Source of the DNA: Zancudomyces culisetae HAW-14-8
Lineage: Eukaryota > Fungi > Kickxellomycota
Assembly: GCA_052426225.1 (NCBI GenBank)
Contig: JBNJNM010000010.1
Span: 186,001 to 250,000 of the forward strand
Length of the DNA: 64,000 nt
Direction of reading: 5' to 3'
The position numbers were made by a program, and so were the translations under genes. This document shows, piece by piece, positions 11,153 through 22,900 of this stretch; the first letter of the stretch is position 1, and every line of letters starts with the position of its first letter. The notes beneath the pieces were generated by a model. That model worked only from the letters and a program-made list of their open reading frames with translations, was not told the origin of the DNA and did no database searches.

Positions 11153-11594
11153 TTCGGTACATGAAACACGAGAAAAGGGGGTAGGGGAAGGCGAAAGCGA
11201 AAGCGAAGGCTGTGGGTGTGACAATGACATATTTTTTATAGAATTTTTGTTTGTACTATTTTTGCTGTATTTTACAGAATATGCCATTGAACTGGCGCGT
11301 GTGTGGAATTACATTAGATGTTTATTGTGGTTTGTAAATTAACAAAAAGTTGGAAAAAAAAACATGACAGGGAAAATCTTGGTTCATGAGCAATAAAGCT
11401 TTTGGAACATACAAAGGAGGGAGAGTCATACAAGTTGGGATGTGGGGGGGGGGGAGTGTGGATAGAGAGAGTGTGTGGTGGAGAGGAAAGGAGGTGAGGG
11501 GAGGAGTACAGAGCTAATTTCTTATAAATCCAAAAATATAGCCTACTATTTCCCTTTCTTTTTTTTGGCGATTGATTTGATGAATATTAATACT

Positions 11595-11800
11595 GATGAA
11601 AATTTGAACACAAAAAAAAAATTTTTTTTTGTTTATTTTGCATGACTGGGAAATAGTGAATGATACAACAGTATAGCAATTTATTCTAGATGAAAAAAAA
11701 AATTTTTTTTCTATAGATTTTGAAGTAAAAAATAACAATAATGGAGAAAAAAAAAATATAGGTAATATTACATAAATCGAAATAAAATAAAAAAATTTTT
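11595..11800 (+). promoter_or_regulatory. RRPE-like (TGAAAAWTTT / A-tract:T-tract) motifs upstream of SRP40
   Basis: TGAAAATTT at 11597, A10T9 at 11612-11630, TGA(10)T(8) at 11691-11710, and AAAAAAATTTTT at 11789-11800. Confidence 0.35.
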
Positions 11801-12071
11801 ATTTGAAATTGCTAGTACTAGTGTTTTTCATTTTATTTGCAAAATAAAGAAATAAAAATAAATCATCAGGCTTGATTTGCAAAAAAAAAAAAAAAAAAGT
11901 TGGTTAAACTAGTTCATAAAAGGTTATAGTATATAAACTATTAACAAAGTTGAACAAAGCAGTGAATCAAAATCCATTAAAAAAAAAATAGCAAAGGTTA
12001 TATATATATTTACTTTTTTTTTTTGCAAAACTGTATATAAAGACACAAAAAAAAAGAACTTAACTAGTAAG

Positions 12072-12857
12072 ATGGAAAACAAGCAAATATTGGAAAAGAT
12101 CGTGATCGAATATCTAAGAAGCAGAGGATACGATGAGGCGGTAAAGCAAGTTGAAAAAACCAGTGGAAACAAAGCATACAAAGGCAATGTTCCAGACTTG
12201 CAGGAATTGTATGGGTTGTATTTGGAAAAAAACCCAGAAAAGAAACAAGAGGCGAAAGACGAGGAGGAGAGTGATAGTAGCAGTAGTAGTAGCAGTGACA
12301 GCTCAAGTAGCGATTCTGATTCTTCAAGCTCAAGCTCAGATAGTTCTAGCTCGGATAGCGAGAGCAGCAGCTCAGATAGCTCAAGCTCAGATAGCTCAAG
12401 CTCAGATAGCTCAAGCTCAGATAGCTCTAGCTCAGATAGCGAAAGTGACAGTGAAAGCGAATCAGAAGATGAAAAAGTAGAGAAAATGGAGGTAGAAGAG
12501 GAGAAGAAATCCGAAAGCGATAGTTCAAGTGATAGCTCAAGTGATAGTGATAGCTCGAGCTCGAGTTCAAGCTCAAGCTCAAGTTCAGATAGTGGAAGTG
12601 AAAGCGATTCCGAAAGTAGCAGCAGCTCAGAAAGTGAAGATAGTGAGAGCGAATCAGAAGAAGAAAAGGAAGAAAAAATGGAGGTAGAAGAGAAAAAAGA
12701 GAAAGAATCATCAGATAGTTCAAGCAGTTCAGAATCAGATTCTGAAAGCAGCAGTAGCAGCAGCTCAAGTAGCTCAGATAGTTCAAGCAGCTCGGATAGC
12801 TCAGATAGCTCAGATAGTTCAGATAGCGAAAGTGAATCAGAGAAAGAGGAGGAAAAG

Positions 12858-12890
<33 letters not shown>

Positions 12891-13877
12891 TCGTCCGCAT
12901 CATCTTCATCAGACAGCTCAAGCAGCTCAGATAGCTCAAGCAGTTCAGATAGTGAGAGTGAATCAGAAAAAGAGGAAGAAAAGAAAAAGGAGGAATCCTC
13001 ATCAGATAGCTCAAGTGATTCAGACTCAGACTCAGAGTCCGAAAGTAGCAGTAGCAGTAGCAGCTCAAGTAGCTCAGATAGTTCTAGCTCAGAATCGGAA
13101 TCAGACTCAGAGTCCGAATCAGAAAAGCAAACTAGCAACAAAAACAACAAACGAAAAAACACTCAAGAAGTAAAGAACAGTCCAAAGAAATTTAAAAAGT
13201 AAAGTATATGATTTCAACTAACTTTTAAATAATGACATTATTATGCTTTTTCCTATTATTATTATTATTATTATTATTATTCCCTATTTGATATACAACG
13301 TACACTTTTTTGTTTTTTGTTTTTGAAGAAAAGAAAGGGTGGAGCAAATGGGAGTTGATATTTCTCTTCTTCTTGATCTTAAACACTTATTTCTCTTACT
13401 CTCTCCCTCTAATACTCGCCCCCGCCCCCCTATCTTTTTTTTATGTCTACCATTGATTTTTTTTCAATAGTACAGTTTATTTTTTATTTTTCAAAGACAA
13501 AAAGTGAAAGGAGATGATCAAATTTAGAAATTATAATAAGGGTGTTTTTTTTTTATAAAGTAATAAACTAATAATATTAATATTTCTAAATAAAACGAAA
13601 AAAAAAAACGAGTAGGGAGGAAAAGCAAGGGCAGCGCAAACACTTCTCAAGAATCGCGCACGATGAAGAGCAGGCACAAACCACAATCACAGCACATCCA
13701 GAGTTCGACTATCTATACAATAACAGCACAGCCAATGACGGAGATTTTGGAGAAAAAGCATTTTATGATTTAGTAAATAAACGCGGTAAGGACTTTACCA
13801 AAGAGAAAAATAAGAAAAAGAAGGGAGGCTACAAAGGAGGCAAAATCAGCATGGAGAGCCGGTCAATTAAATTCTAG
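12072..13877 (+). CDS. SRP40: SRP40/Nopp140 (NOLC1) nucleolar phosphoprotein; join(12072..13198,13616..13877)
   Basis: N-terminal LisH-like helix (IVIEYLRSRGYDEAVKQV) and S/D/E repeats. A phase-2 intron GTAAAG(13199)..ACTAAT..TAG(13615) removes the apparent stop. Exon 2 encodes the SRP40_C motif KHFSRI...FGEKAFYDLVNKRGKDFTKEKNKKKKGGYKGGKISMESRSIKF*. Confidence 0.92.
12270..13125 (+). repeat. Coding serine/acidic repeat array (15-bp GATAGCTCAAGCTCA units within larger modules)
   Basis: DSSSS repeats separated by K/E-rich spacers (EKVEKMEVEEEKK, EKEEKMEVEEKKEK, EKEEEKKEEKKEEKKEE, EKEEEKKKEE). Confidence 0.85.
13254..13281. repeat. (TAT)n microsatellite in the SRP40 intron
   Basis: About 9 perfect TAT units. 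Confidence 0.9.
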
Positions 13878-13950
13878 CGTTGATATATAACTAAATAACT
13901 AAATAAAGAAAGAAAGAGAGAAAGAAATGAGTAAAATGAATATGAACCAG

Positions 13951-15906
13951 TTACATTATAGAGCACATATCTTTTTGTTTTTTGTTTTTGGATCGCGATA
14001 GGAGGGACTGTTGTCTACCAATAGTGACTTTCCGCCTTAGACTACCACCACTCTCAGCAGCACGTTCGGCTTCAGATTTTTTCAAACGATCTTTGGCCTC
14101 AACGTTACCGTTTTTGGCAGCAAGAGAGTACCATTCAATGGCTTTGTCGAGATCGCGTTCAACGCCTATGCCAATGTCGTAGTAGTAGCCCATACCAAAC
14201 TGAGCGCGAGGCAAGTTTTGTTCAGCAGCTTTGCTGCACCAATCGAAGGCCAGGGCATCACTTTGCTCAAGAACGTTTGCAGCACCAGAAAGATACCAAC
14301 CAGAAAGTGCCATTTGGGACAAAGCGTAGCCCTTTTCAGCAGCAAGACGATAGTACATGATGGAACCATAAGGATTTGCAGGGAAGCCGTACTCGCCAAA
14401 CTCAAACAAATAACCCAGCTTGTGCTGAGCTTCAGGCATTCCCAGATTGGCAGCAGTCTCAAGCAGTTTGTGAGCCTCTTCAGTGTCTAAAAAGACATTT
14501 TCATACAAGGCCTTGTCGGGATACTCGCCTAAAAAGATAAGCGCAAGAACATATGCGCCGTCGGGACAGTCCTCATCGGCTATTTCGGCAGACCGGCGCA
14601 GATATATGATGGCCTGTTTGTAGTTCTTTTTCTGGCCAAGCTCACCTCGGAGAAGCGCGATACCCATTCGATAGTTAGCTGACGAGTTGCCCAGTGACGA
14701 CGCCAACTTAAAGTACGAAAAGGCACGGCTAGTCAATCCCCGTGCCTCGTATGAATGAGCAACTTTGCATGCAGCTTTGTTGTGATGCAGCTTGGCAGCA
14801 AACATGAAACATTTGAATGCTTTGGACCGGTCAGCAACGACGCCATACTTGCCATCCTCCAGCCAACAGCCCAGAGTATAGCTGGCTTCAGGATTGCCTT
14901 TCTTTTGCAGAAATCGGATCCAGTAGATCGCTTCGCTGATTAGGTTGGCTTTGTTTTGATCCTCCGCTGGGTCAGCTGCACGGATCTGGAACGACCTCAC
15001 CGACTGTGTGGGTGTTGACGACGCCGAACTACTACCTGTGCCCATCACAAACCCGTCAACTGCTCCAATTCCACTATCTCGTGCCATCAATGTCTTTTCT
15101 GAGCTGCCGTTCGACTTATCTTCGCCTTCTAGTGTCTCAATTGTGTGAATCAAAAACTTGGCGTACTCCAACTGCACTCTCTCGTCGTTGGTCTTCTTGG
15201 CCGCCTCGCGGTACATGTCCAGCGCACTACCCTTGTCCATCAGCGTCCGTGACAATCGGCTGTAGCTTTTGCGTGCCAGTGAACTATGTGACTGTGTCCC
15301 TGACGACAAACTGTATATAGATTGCCTAAGCAGCATTGAATGTACATTGTTCATGTCCACTGCACTTCCGTATCGACTCAACCGCTGCTGTGCCATATCT
15401 TCAAACTCATCCACTTGGTCTCCTTCGCCTAGACTTGGAACATCACTCAATTCTTTGCTGGTCCCGCTTTCCTCGTGCTCGTACATTTTCCCCACACTTA
15501 GCGTTTCCTCGCCTTCTCCCTCTCCACTATCATCATCATTATCTTCTTCCGTCTCTTCACGGCCTTGTGTTTGTTTCTTATGTGTAATACTCTCTGGTAA
15601 TTTTGGTAGTTCATATGTTGGTGGGCTATCTTCATTTCCTTCATGCCTCTGTGGCACCGAAAATGCTTGTCTATACTCATCTTCCTCTCCTTCCTGATCC
15701 AGGCTCTTATCGCTATACCCTTTCAGTGCATACTCTAGCTTCACTGCTTCTAGACCTTCGCCCTTTAGCGCATCACTGCTCTCCTTTTTTAACGGTACTT
15801 TTTTCCCCAAACTTGCATTTCTATCTCCTCGCACCCTTCTCTTACTCTTTTTCCCTCCTTCCTGCTGCAGCACGTGTGATTCTATATATCCGTTTTCTAG
15901 TTCCAT
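13951..15906 (-). CDS. SKT5: Sel1-repeat chitin synthase regulator Chs4/Skt5-like
   Basis: ALDMYREAAKKTNDERVQLEYAKFL, multiple SEL1 repeats, SQMALSGWYLSGA and AQFGMGYYYDIGIGV; C-terminal CAAX CSIM preceded by a basic patch. Confidence 0.88.
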   Translation of the reverse strand: MELENGYIESHVLQQEGGKKSKRRVRGDRNASLGKKVPLKKESSDALKGEGLEAVKLEYALKGYSDKSLDQEGEEDEYRQAFSVPQRHEGNEDSPPTYELPKLPESITHKKQTQGREETEEDNDDDSGEGEGEETLSVGKMYEHEESGTSKELSDVPSLGEGDQVDEFEDMAQQRLSRYGSAVDMNNVHSMLLRQSIYSLSSGTQSHSSLARKSYSRLSRTLMDKGSALDMYREAAKKTNDERVQLEYAKFLIHTIETLEGEDKSNGSSEKTLMARDSGIGAVDGFVMGTGSSSASSTPTQSVRSFQIRAADPAEDQNKANLISEAIYWIRFLQKKGNPEASYTLGCWLEDGKYGVVADRSKAFKCFMFAAKLHHNKAACKVAHSYEARGLTSRAFSYFKLASSLGNSSANYRMGIALLRGELGQKKNYKQAIIYLRRSAEIADEDCPDGAYVLALIFLGEYPDKALYENVFLDTEEAHKLLETAANLGMPEAQHKLGYLFEFGEYGFPANPYGSIMYYRLAAEKGYALSQMALSGWYLSGAANVLEQSDALAFDWCSKAAEQNLPRAQFGMGYYYDIGIGVERDLDKAIEWYSLAAKNGNVEAKDRLKKSEAERAAESGGSLRRKVTIGRQQSLLSRSKNKKQKDMCSIM

Positions 15907-17171
15907 TGGTACTATTTTTTTCTATGTATTTCTATAACAAGTGTTTTTTATCCTTTCCTTTTCTTTTCTTTTCTTTAGTTCTTTTTCCTTTGATTTCTTT
16001 CTGCTCAAGTTTAATATTTTTGTTTTACTCGATATGCTACTACTATTGTTTTAATTATCTACTAAGTATACTTCTATTGCTGTTTGTCTATGAATACCAC
16101 CAATATTATCCCACTATCTAGCATCAATACTTCTCTTTAGTTCGCTATTTTTCTACGTTCTTTTTCTTTTCTTTCTTTCTTTCTATTTATACTTTGTATC
16201 CTGATATCTGAAAAGAAGAGAAAATACTATTTTCTCATTTTACGTTCCAACTCTTCTACTCTCCCTTTTTATCGATATATATCGCTCTAAATCTTGGTTT
16301 TCCTTCTGACAGTCTATTCTATTCTATTATATTATATACAGTCCTATCCTGTCATAGCATATACTACCCTGTCCTATCCTATCCTATTCTACTTTACCCT
16401 ATCCTCAAACCTTTTTTTCTTTTCCTTCCTTATTGTTGGTATATGCACAAATTCTTTTATTCTTTGGTATTTTGCTGTTTAAAAAAAATACAGTTGTTGA
16501 TTTATCCCTTTATCTCGTCTGTTTGTAATATCAAAGACGTATCAAAAAAAAACAGATATACATATATGTAATACACTACAGGCAAAACTTTGAATTCAAA
16601 TGTCTTGTAGCTCTGTTATTGTATATACAAACTAACTTTTTCTATTGTATTTATTACTATTTTGGAGTTTTCGTCTTTACTTGCAATTACGCTGGACAAA
16701 CAATTAAGATTTTTTTTCCAGCTATTTTTTATTTTTTAAATCGCCTTTATTATCATTGCTTATATTTTTTTGCAAGTCTTGTTTTTTAGCACTAAATTTA
16801 AAAAAAAAAGAAAAAACAAGCCCATAATTAGCTCCTTAATATTTTAGGATTTGTACAGATGTTTTATTTTATTGCCTATTTGTCAAATAAGCTCTATTTT
16901 TTTAAAATGTACCTTTGCTTGTAATCAGCTTGAATAACGTGTGGAAATTACGTATTTTTATTCACTAAATCTATTTTTTTCTATTTTAAAATACTGGATA
17001 CAATATTTTTGGGTAGTAGGAAGCTTTTTAATAGCCTTTGTTATTTCGTTTTAAATAATAGGATTACTGGTCAACATTTCTTGTTTTTGTGCAAATACAT
17101 AATTATTAAACAAACAGTAACGAACACACAAGAATTGAAGTGCCTAACAAATCCAATTGATGTTTATTCTT

Positions 17172-17203
<32 letters not shown>

Positions 17204-19986
17204 TGCTTGGAATTTCAATTTCATCAGCAAATAGAAAAATTTAGCGAGAATTCAAAAATTGAAAATAAATTAAAATTAAAATAAAAAACACACAAGCAGA
17301 GACAAAACTTTTTATTGTGCTCGATTGTATTTCCGCCTATTGTTATACTCTAACTTGAAAGCCGGTTTAGCCTTGTTAACCCCGTTTCTCAAAATAAAGA
17401 ACTTCAATACCAAGAACCCAACAAGTGATAAAATCACTGAGTTTTGTTTTTTTCCATGAATGAGCAACGCCTGACTTTCCACATCCTCCTCCACCCTCAT
17501 CATCACCACCAGCATCAAACTAGGCCTTTTTTCTTTTTTACAACTATGCCTACGTGTTGCTCTTTGCCTTCGCTATCACCATTTCCCGTCACATCTAACC
17601 TCATTGCACTACATTGTATTGAGTTGCATTGTATTGATTGCGTTCCCTTTCATCTCTATTCCAACTCACTTGATTGTATCATGATGTATTGTATGATATT
17701 ATAGATGTTGCATTACGTTACGCTCTGTTGGGTTGTGTTGAGTTTTAGATTTTATCTCCAATCCTGCTGTATACCAACTATTTGATATCTTCAACGCTTT
17801 CAAATATCACACACATATACACACTCTCTTTCTCATTCTATCATTTTCCTTTGCCTCTAATCCTTTTTCTCCCCAATCTCAACCCAGAATTTTCACACAA
17901 CTCGTAATTACGATCTAAAGGCAGTTTTGGCATTTGTAAATCTATAAATTGCCTCTTTCCATATACTCAAATGACCGTTACATTCATTTTATTTCTCGAA
18001 TTTTTTTTTACCCATTGGGTGTTTCCTTTCTCCCTTTCCTCACACCCTTTGTTCATTATTTCTTCCTTCCCTTACCCCAAAAAAAATTTTTTAATGTTAT
18101 TTTTTTTACAATTTATGGTTTTGTGAACAAACACATATAAGCATTATTTTTTTATTTTTTTACTTTTTGCCAATAAAAAAAATCCGGATTATTACATAAT
18201 ACTATATAAACAGTGGATATTGGAACGCTCAGTTTCTACTCTCACTCTTCTCCCTCCCCCGACCCACCTACTCAGTGCCATTCTTTTCTGCTTATTTTCT
18301 CCATATATTTATTTTTTTCAATTTACAAATTTCAATCAAAAGCAGCTAATTCCTATCCAAAGCGGAAAAAGAGCAAGCTTAAGGTTTGTTACATTAAAAT
18401 GTAAATACGATAGCTATGGTCCATTTAACGTTTAATAGTTTTTTTTTGGTTTATTTCCTGCAAACCAAAAGTTAGTTTTAGCAAACCTAAAGTTTTAGGA
18501 GTGTACAACAGAAACATTTTGAGCCTACATTAATTTTTTTACTGGTATTTATTTTTGTTATTTTATAAATTTGAGCAAATGAAAAGGTGGGGGGAAAGGG
18601 GGTAAAAGTGGTAGGGGGAGAAAGAGGGAGTAGGGAGGAAACAGATTATTACTGTTTACTAATAGGTCTATAATGTGCGAAAAACAAAGCAGGATAAATA
18701 TCAAGGAAAAAGCAGTACAACTATGCATTAAATAATCCGATTTTACATAATGTTACATTTTAATATCATAAGTGTATAACCCACCTTGCTATAAATAGAT
18801 GTGCTCATTTATTGAGTGGAGAGGTTTAACGAATCTATTTATCAATCCTAATCAGTGAAATGTATTCGATTACACGTCCCGTAGTTTTGTATACAAAACA
18901 CGTGTATATGTGTATGTATATATAAAATTTCAAAATTTTGAATATTGCAAGTATAACACAGATAAAACTATATGGTTTTACTCCGAGTATTTGTTGCACC
19001 TTTTTACAAGAAATTATCACATCATCAAAAAAAAGATAACATATAAAATACTGACAGAGCAAGTTGAAACAAAAGTGAGGGGGAGAGAGGGAGGAAGGGT
19101 TGACTAACATTCATTTTATTATCTTGGTTTTAAAGATGGATGATTTTCCTTTATTTAATTTTGATTTTAATTTTGATTTTTGTCAATGTTACTGAAAAGT
19201 GACAAGTAATACGAAGAAGGGGAAGGGGGGGAGGGTAGGAGAAGGGAGTGGATTCTTGGCAGGACGATTTAATACGTCCACTTTTATTATTCTTTGCTTT
19301 CAAAACTATTACATCTCTTGGTAGAATAGTTTGTTCACGGTATCACGATATTATAGATGGTAAAAAAGTTTTGAAATGAAATTACAAACCTGGATACCCG
19401 ATTTCGTTAACCATTTGATCAAATTGGTATAAAACTAATGTGAAAATTCAGATTGTCAATATTGTTGTTATAATGAAAAAAAAAGGAAAGGAAAGGAAAA
19501 GGAGGGTAAGGGTAGTAAAAAATAAATAAAAAATAGGTATTGCGCAGTAAAGTCACACTTTACCTTACCCCTTCTTTCTCTTTCTTTTCCTTTTCATTTC
19601 TTTATATTTCTTTTAATCGACAAAATCAAGAATTACGTAATTCATCTTTACTTTTTTGTTTTTTTTTTGGTAAACCATCTTTGTAAATCCAAAAGAGAAT
19701 AAATTTCAAACTGTATGATCACCATTAAAAACAAATGAGGTAACTACCTGCTAATAGATTTTGATTATAAATAGATTTAATATATAATAAAAATAAAAGT
19801 ATAGATAAAAATAAAAGTAAAAATAAAACATAAGGTGTGAGAAATGTAACTGTATATACTCAATAATGAAATCGTATAACATTAAATTATAATAGATTTA
19901 TATCAAATTAGGGGAGGGGAAGGGAAGGGAAGAAGAAAAAAAGAAAAGTGGAAAAAGAAAAAGGAAAGAAAAAGTGTGAAACGTGT

Positions 19987-22900
19987 TTAATGGAAAAGGG
20001 TCTTGGGACTGATCCACATATTATTATCAGCTGTACTACCACTGTTATTGTCATTAGAGCCAGGTGTACCAAGATAACCATCATTTCTAGTAACTGAAAA
20101 AAGGTTATTGTTTTTAAATGAGGATGCCATCAAATTGTTGTTGTTATTGCTGTTGGAATTGGTAAATCCAAACACATTACCACTGGTACCAACTCCACCA
20201 TTTACTAATGGAAATGGAGAAACAAACCGGTTGTTCAAATCACCAATACCATTCCTATTTCCATTCCTATTTCCTCCATTACTGTTAATGTTGCTGTTGT
20301 CTATTTTGTAATCGAATTGCTCAGAAAACGATTTAACCAATCCCGAGGATTTATTGTCAATACTAGAGGATAAATTGACCACATGATTCTCAATAATTTT
20401 ATTGTTATGCTTCGGGTAACGACGTTGAGCAGTAGAAACAGTAACATGTTGATCAGCATTATTATCAAATGGACTGTAGTAGTTGGGATTTCTGGTACGA
20501 GGAGGATTCATGTGAAAAGTTGGAGGCCCTTGTACAGACGAAGCAGGATAATTATAAGCATGGCTATAATTATGGTTATTATTACCAAACTTGTCGAGTT
20601 TTTCAGCAATTGAAGGACCTCTGGTTTGCAACATGGACTGCTTATAGTTGAAATCAGGCAATTTTGAAGCCAAGGCAGCAGTTGGCAGAGTTGGCAGAGG
20701 TTTGTGAGTCTTTTTTACAGGATTGTTGTTGTTGTTGTTGGTATATTTGTTTCTGATAGAGTGGTAGTGGTGTATGCAATACAGAGAATTATTGAGTTTG
20801 TGAGCAGAATCGATGGCCAGCGGGCAAAAGCACAATGAACATTTGAAACATGCAGGGTGATATTTGAGTGAATCAAAGGTTATCATGGCAGGTACGCAGG
20901 CGTTGGAAGCAGCAACAGGTTTGTTACAGCCTGAACAGTACAATGGCACAGAGGCATTTTTGACTTTGACGCGCTGCTCAAAGACCTTTGTGTTTGTTTC
21001 GTTCTGTATGTGTCGTTTGGTCAGCCATTCGGTGCCAGAAGGAGTTACAGAACGCAAGTTTTGAACTTGAGTGTTTTTGTTTTTGTCTTGGTTGACGGAA
21101 TACTCGACTGATTGGTTGTTGGTTTTCTTTTTTGTATTGACGAAATGGAGAAACTCTTCAAGGTTGGCAAATGATTGAAGTGCCAGAGCGTCTGGTTGAC
21201 TTAGACGAAGCCTCCAGTTAGATGGAACATTATTATTATTATTAGTATTATGGTTATGGTTATGATTATCATCATTACTTTGATTAATGGCGTTAGTACT
21301 AGTTGGAGGAGGGTTATCCAAAACGCTACGCAATCCACCACCTACAATTGTATCCTTGGGCACTGCCGGCTTGTCAAAATGGTGTTCACAGAACAAATGA
21401 CCATCAACAACACGAAATTCCTGTTGATCTAGTAACGTACCACATGCTTTACATGTAAGACAGGCTTGATGCACAGGGTTGACGTCATTTACTGTTGCAC
21501 CAACCACCACTTTTCCACAGATTACACAGTCAAACATTTCCTTTGGTTGCTGTGAATTGTCAGGTGGGGGTTTGTATGGCGCTACAGAAATCGACTCACT
21601 TGGTGAAACTGAAGATGGCCGCGCTGGATTATTGTGGATCAGAACCGAAGCCGAACCTTCTAGCGATGCTGGGTTGAGACTCTCGAGATTTTCCTCGACC
21701 TTTGGCAGGTTGATTTGGCCATTTCGGATCGCCTCCATAAGGGTTGATGCACTATCATTTAATGAGTCGTGTCGCACAGAAGGTTGTTGTTGATGTTGTT
21801 GATGTTGTTGATAACGCTGTTGTTGTTGCTGTTGTTGTTGTTGCTGTTGTTGTTGCTGATCAGTCTCTGGTGGAGGTGGTTGTGTCAGATCTACAATATA
21901 TGCCTGTGGAGGTGGAGTTGGGAATCTACCAAACACAGGTGTTGGACCCCGTGGGCCAACAGAGACTTGAGAGTGTTTTCTGTTATTGACATTATTATTA
22001 GCCACATTGTTTGTATTATTGTTATTATTCTTAGTGTTAATATTAGTATTAGTATTAGTATTAGTACAGGAACCAGATGATGGAATGTTTTTTGTCTGTT
22101 GAGCTCCAGGTAATATCCCTAGTGACGAATTTTTGACGGATGGAACTGCCGGCAGTTTTTTCAAAACAGGATCTGATCGGTTACTAAATCGTGAATAGAC
22201 TGAAGCGTAGTTAGAAGACTCGGATTTTTTCATCTCTACACTTTTTTCTATTTCCATTTCGACGTTCATGTCCATGTCCATGTCCATGTCCTTTCTCTCT
22301 ATGTTTTCTGATTTATTTAATACTCTATTGGTTTGTGGTATTGATGTTGTTGATTTTGATTTTGATGTTGGTGGTACTGGCAGTGGTGCGTGTATCGATA
22401 CTGATGCTGATGGATGTGCTCGTGTTCGTGAATGTGAATGTGAATGTACTGATTTAAGATCGGTTACACTTGAATGTTCACTCGAATGTCGTGGGTATCC
22501 ACCAGTTCGTTGCAATACTCGTTCAACTTCAGATGAAAACTTGATGGCTGCTTCACCCAGTGGTCCACCCACAAAGCTTTCCTGGTTATTGAAAAATGTT
22601 TTGTTTACTGGATAATAGCCAGATAATGTCACTACTGATCGCGCATCATCCACATGGTCCGCGCCAAACATATGTCCAAACAACTCTGATTTTTCAAATT
22701 GAGGTGGGTATATTGTGTTTAAATCTATTACACTACCACTACTACTACCACTACCACTTTTATTTAAAAATTCATTAGTCACCAACGGTTCTGTATTTGT
22801 TTTGCTTCCACCTTGCAACGGTGTTCCAATGTGGCTGCTGCGTCTAGTTGCGTTATCGAATTCTTCTCTGTCTAATCTAACCCCGCATAAAATTTCGTCT

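Noticed and set aside
11924-13162. 412-aa - strand ORF rich in S/E/L, and many other antisense ORFs over large genes
   Set aside because: Antisense shadows of repetitive or codon-biased coding sequence (SRP40, ENA1, TOF1, LIM, CHS4); no independent motifs.
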